64,000 nt of DNA from Malacoraja senta (Eukaryota): the NCBI GenBank assembly GCA_038087875.1, contig CM075995.1, positions 4,590,001-4,654,000 on the forward strand. Reading direction: 5' to 3'. A program made the position numbers and the translations under genes. The notes under the pieces are model-generated. The model saw only the letters and a program-made list of their open reading frames with translations, ran no database searches and had not been told where the DNA came from. Of this stretch, positions 63,021-64,000 are shown piece after piece; position 1 is the stretch's first letter; every line of letters begins with the position of its first letter.

Positions 63021-64000
63021 ATAGAAACATAGAAAATAGGTGCAGGAGGAGGCCATTCTGCCCTTCGAGCCAGCACCGCCATTCATTGTGATCATGGCTG
63101 ATCATCCCAAATCAATAACCCGTGCCTACCTTCTCCCCATATCCCTTGATTCCACTAGCCCCTAGAGCTCTATCTAACTCTCTTAAATCCATCCAGTGAT
63201 TTGGCCTCCACTGCCCTCTGTGGCAGGGAATTCCACAAATTCACAACTCTCTGGTTGAAGAAGTTTTTTCTCACCTCAGTCTTAAATGGCCTCCCCTTTA
63301 TTCTAAGACTGTGGCCCCTGGTTCTGGACTCGCCCAACATTGGGAACATTTTTCCTGCATCTAGCTTGTCCAGTCCTTTTATAATTTTATGTGTTTCTAT
63401 AGGATCCCTCTCATCCTTCTAAACTCCAGTGAATACAAGCCTAGTCTTTTCAATCTTTCCTCATATGACAGTCCCGCCATCCCAGGGATCAATCTCGTGA
63501 ACCTACGTTGCACTGCCTCAATGTCAAGGATGTCCTTCCTCAAATTAAGAGACCAAAACTGTACACAATACTCCAGATGTGGTCTTACCAGAGCCCTATA
63601 CAACTGCAGAAGAACCTCTTTACTCCTATACTGAAATCCTCTTGTTATGAAGGCCAACATTCCATTAGCTTTCTTCACTGCCTGCTGTACCTGCACGCCA
63701 ACTTTCAGTGACTGTTTTTCAAGGACACCCAGGTCTCGTTGCACTAACCTTACCTAACCTAACCCCATTGAGATAATAATCTACCCCCTTGTTTTTGCCG
63801 CCAAAGTGGATAACCTCACATTTATCTATATTATACTGCATCTGCCACGCATCTGCCCACTCACTCAACCTATCCAGGTCACCCTGCAACCTCCTAACAT
63901 CCTCTTCACAGTTCACACTGCCACCCAGCTTTGTGTCATTCGCAAACTTGCTAGTGTTGCTCCTAATTCCCTCTACCAAATCATTAATATATATGGTAAA
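63021..64000 (-). mobile_element. CR1 3' portion running out of the window
   Basis: RT C-terminal motifs and atagaaacatagaaa tail. Confidence 0.9.

Noticed and set aside
56800..64000. ACOT13 exon expected head-to-head with TDP2
   Set aside because: No recognisable ACOT13 coding sequence seen; the region is TE-derived or part of the duplication.

Overview
Repeat-rich vertebrate genomic DNA; the CR1, tRNA-SINE and Penelope content suggests a cartilaginous fish such as a skate (inference). The window holds a complete 7-exon TDP2 gene (tyrosyl-DNA phosphodiesterase 2) on the minus strand: ATG at 56618, stop at 13399, 1101 nt spliced, 366 aa, all introns GT-AG and in phase, catalytic EEP motifs intact. 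Downstream on the same strand are a signal-peptide exon (736-787) and a likely non-coding first exon (~5254-5490) that fit KIAA0319, the mammalian neighbour of TDP2. Most of the rest is nested mobile DNA: CR1, Rex/L2 and L1 LINEs, Penelope elements with hammerhead-ribozyme cores, tRNA SINEs, a deleted endogenous retrovirus, scrambled Gypsy pieces, and hAT, Tc1 and ISL2EU-like DNA transposons. I cannot demonstrate a wholly new biological system. The best leads are a ~0.9 kb direct duplication bracketing TDP2, a foldback transposon with two inward-facing THAP exons, hammerhead cores found only antisense to the host genes, RFX X-box motifs at both genes, and a perfect 79-bp intronic palindrome. 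TE boundaries are approximate unless a TSD is quoted.
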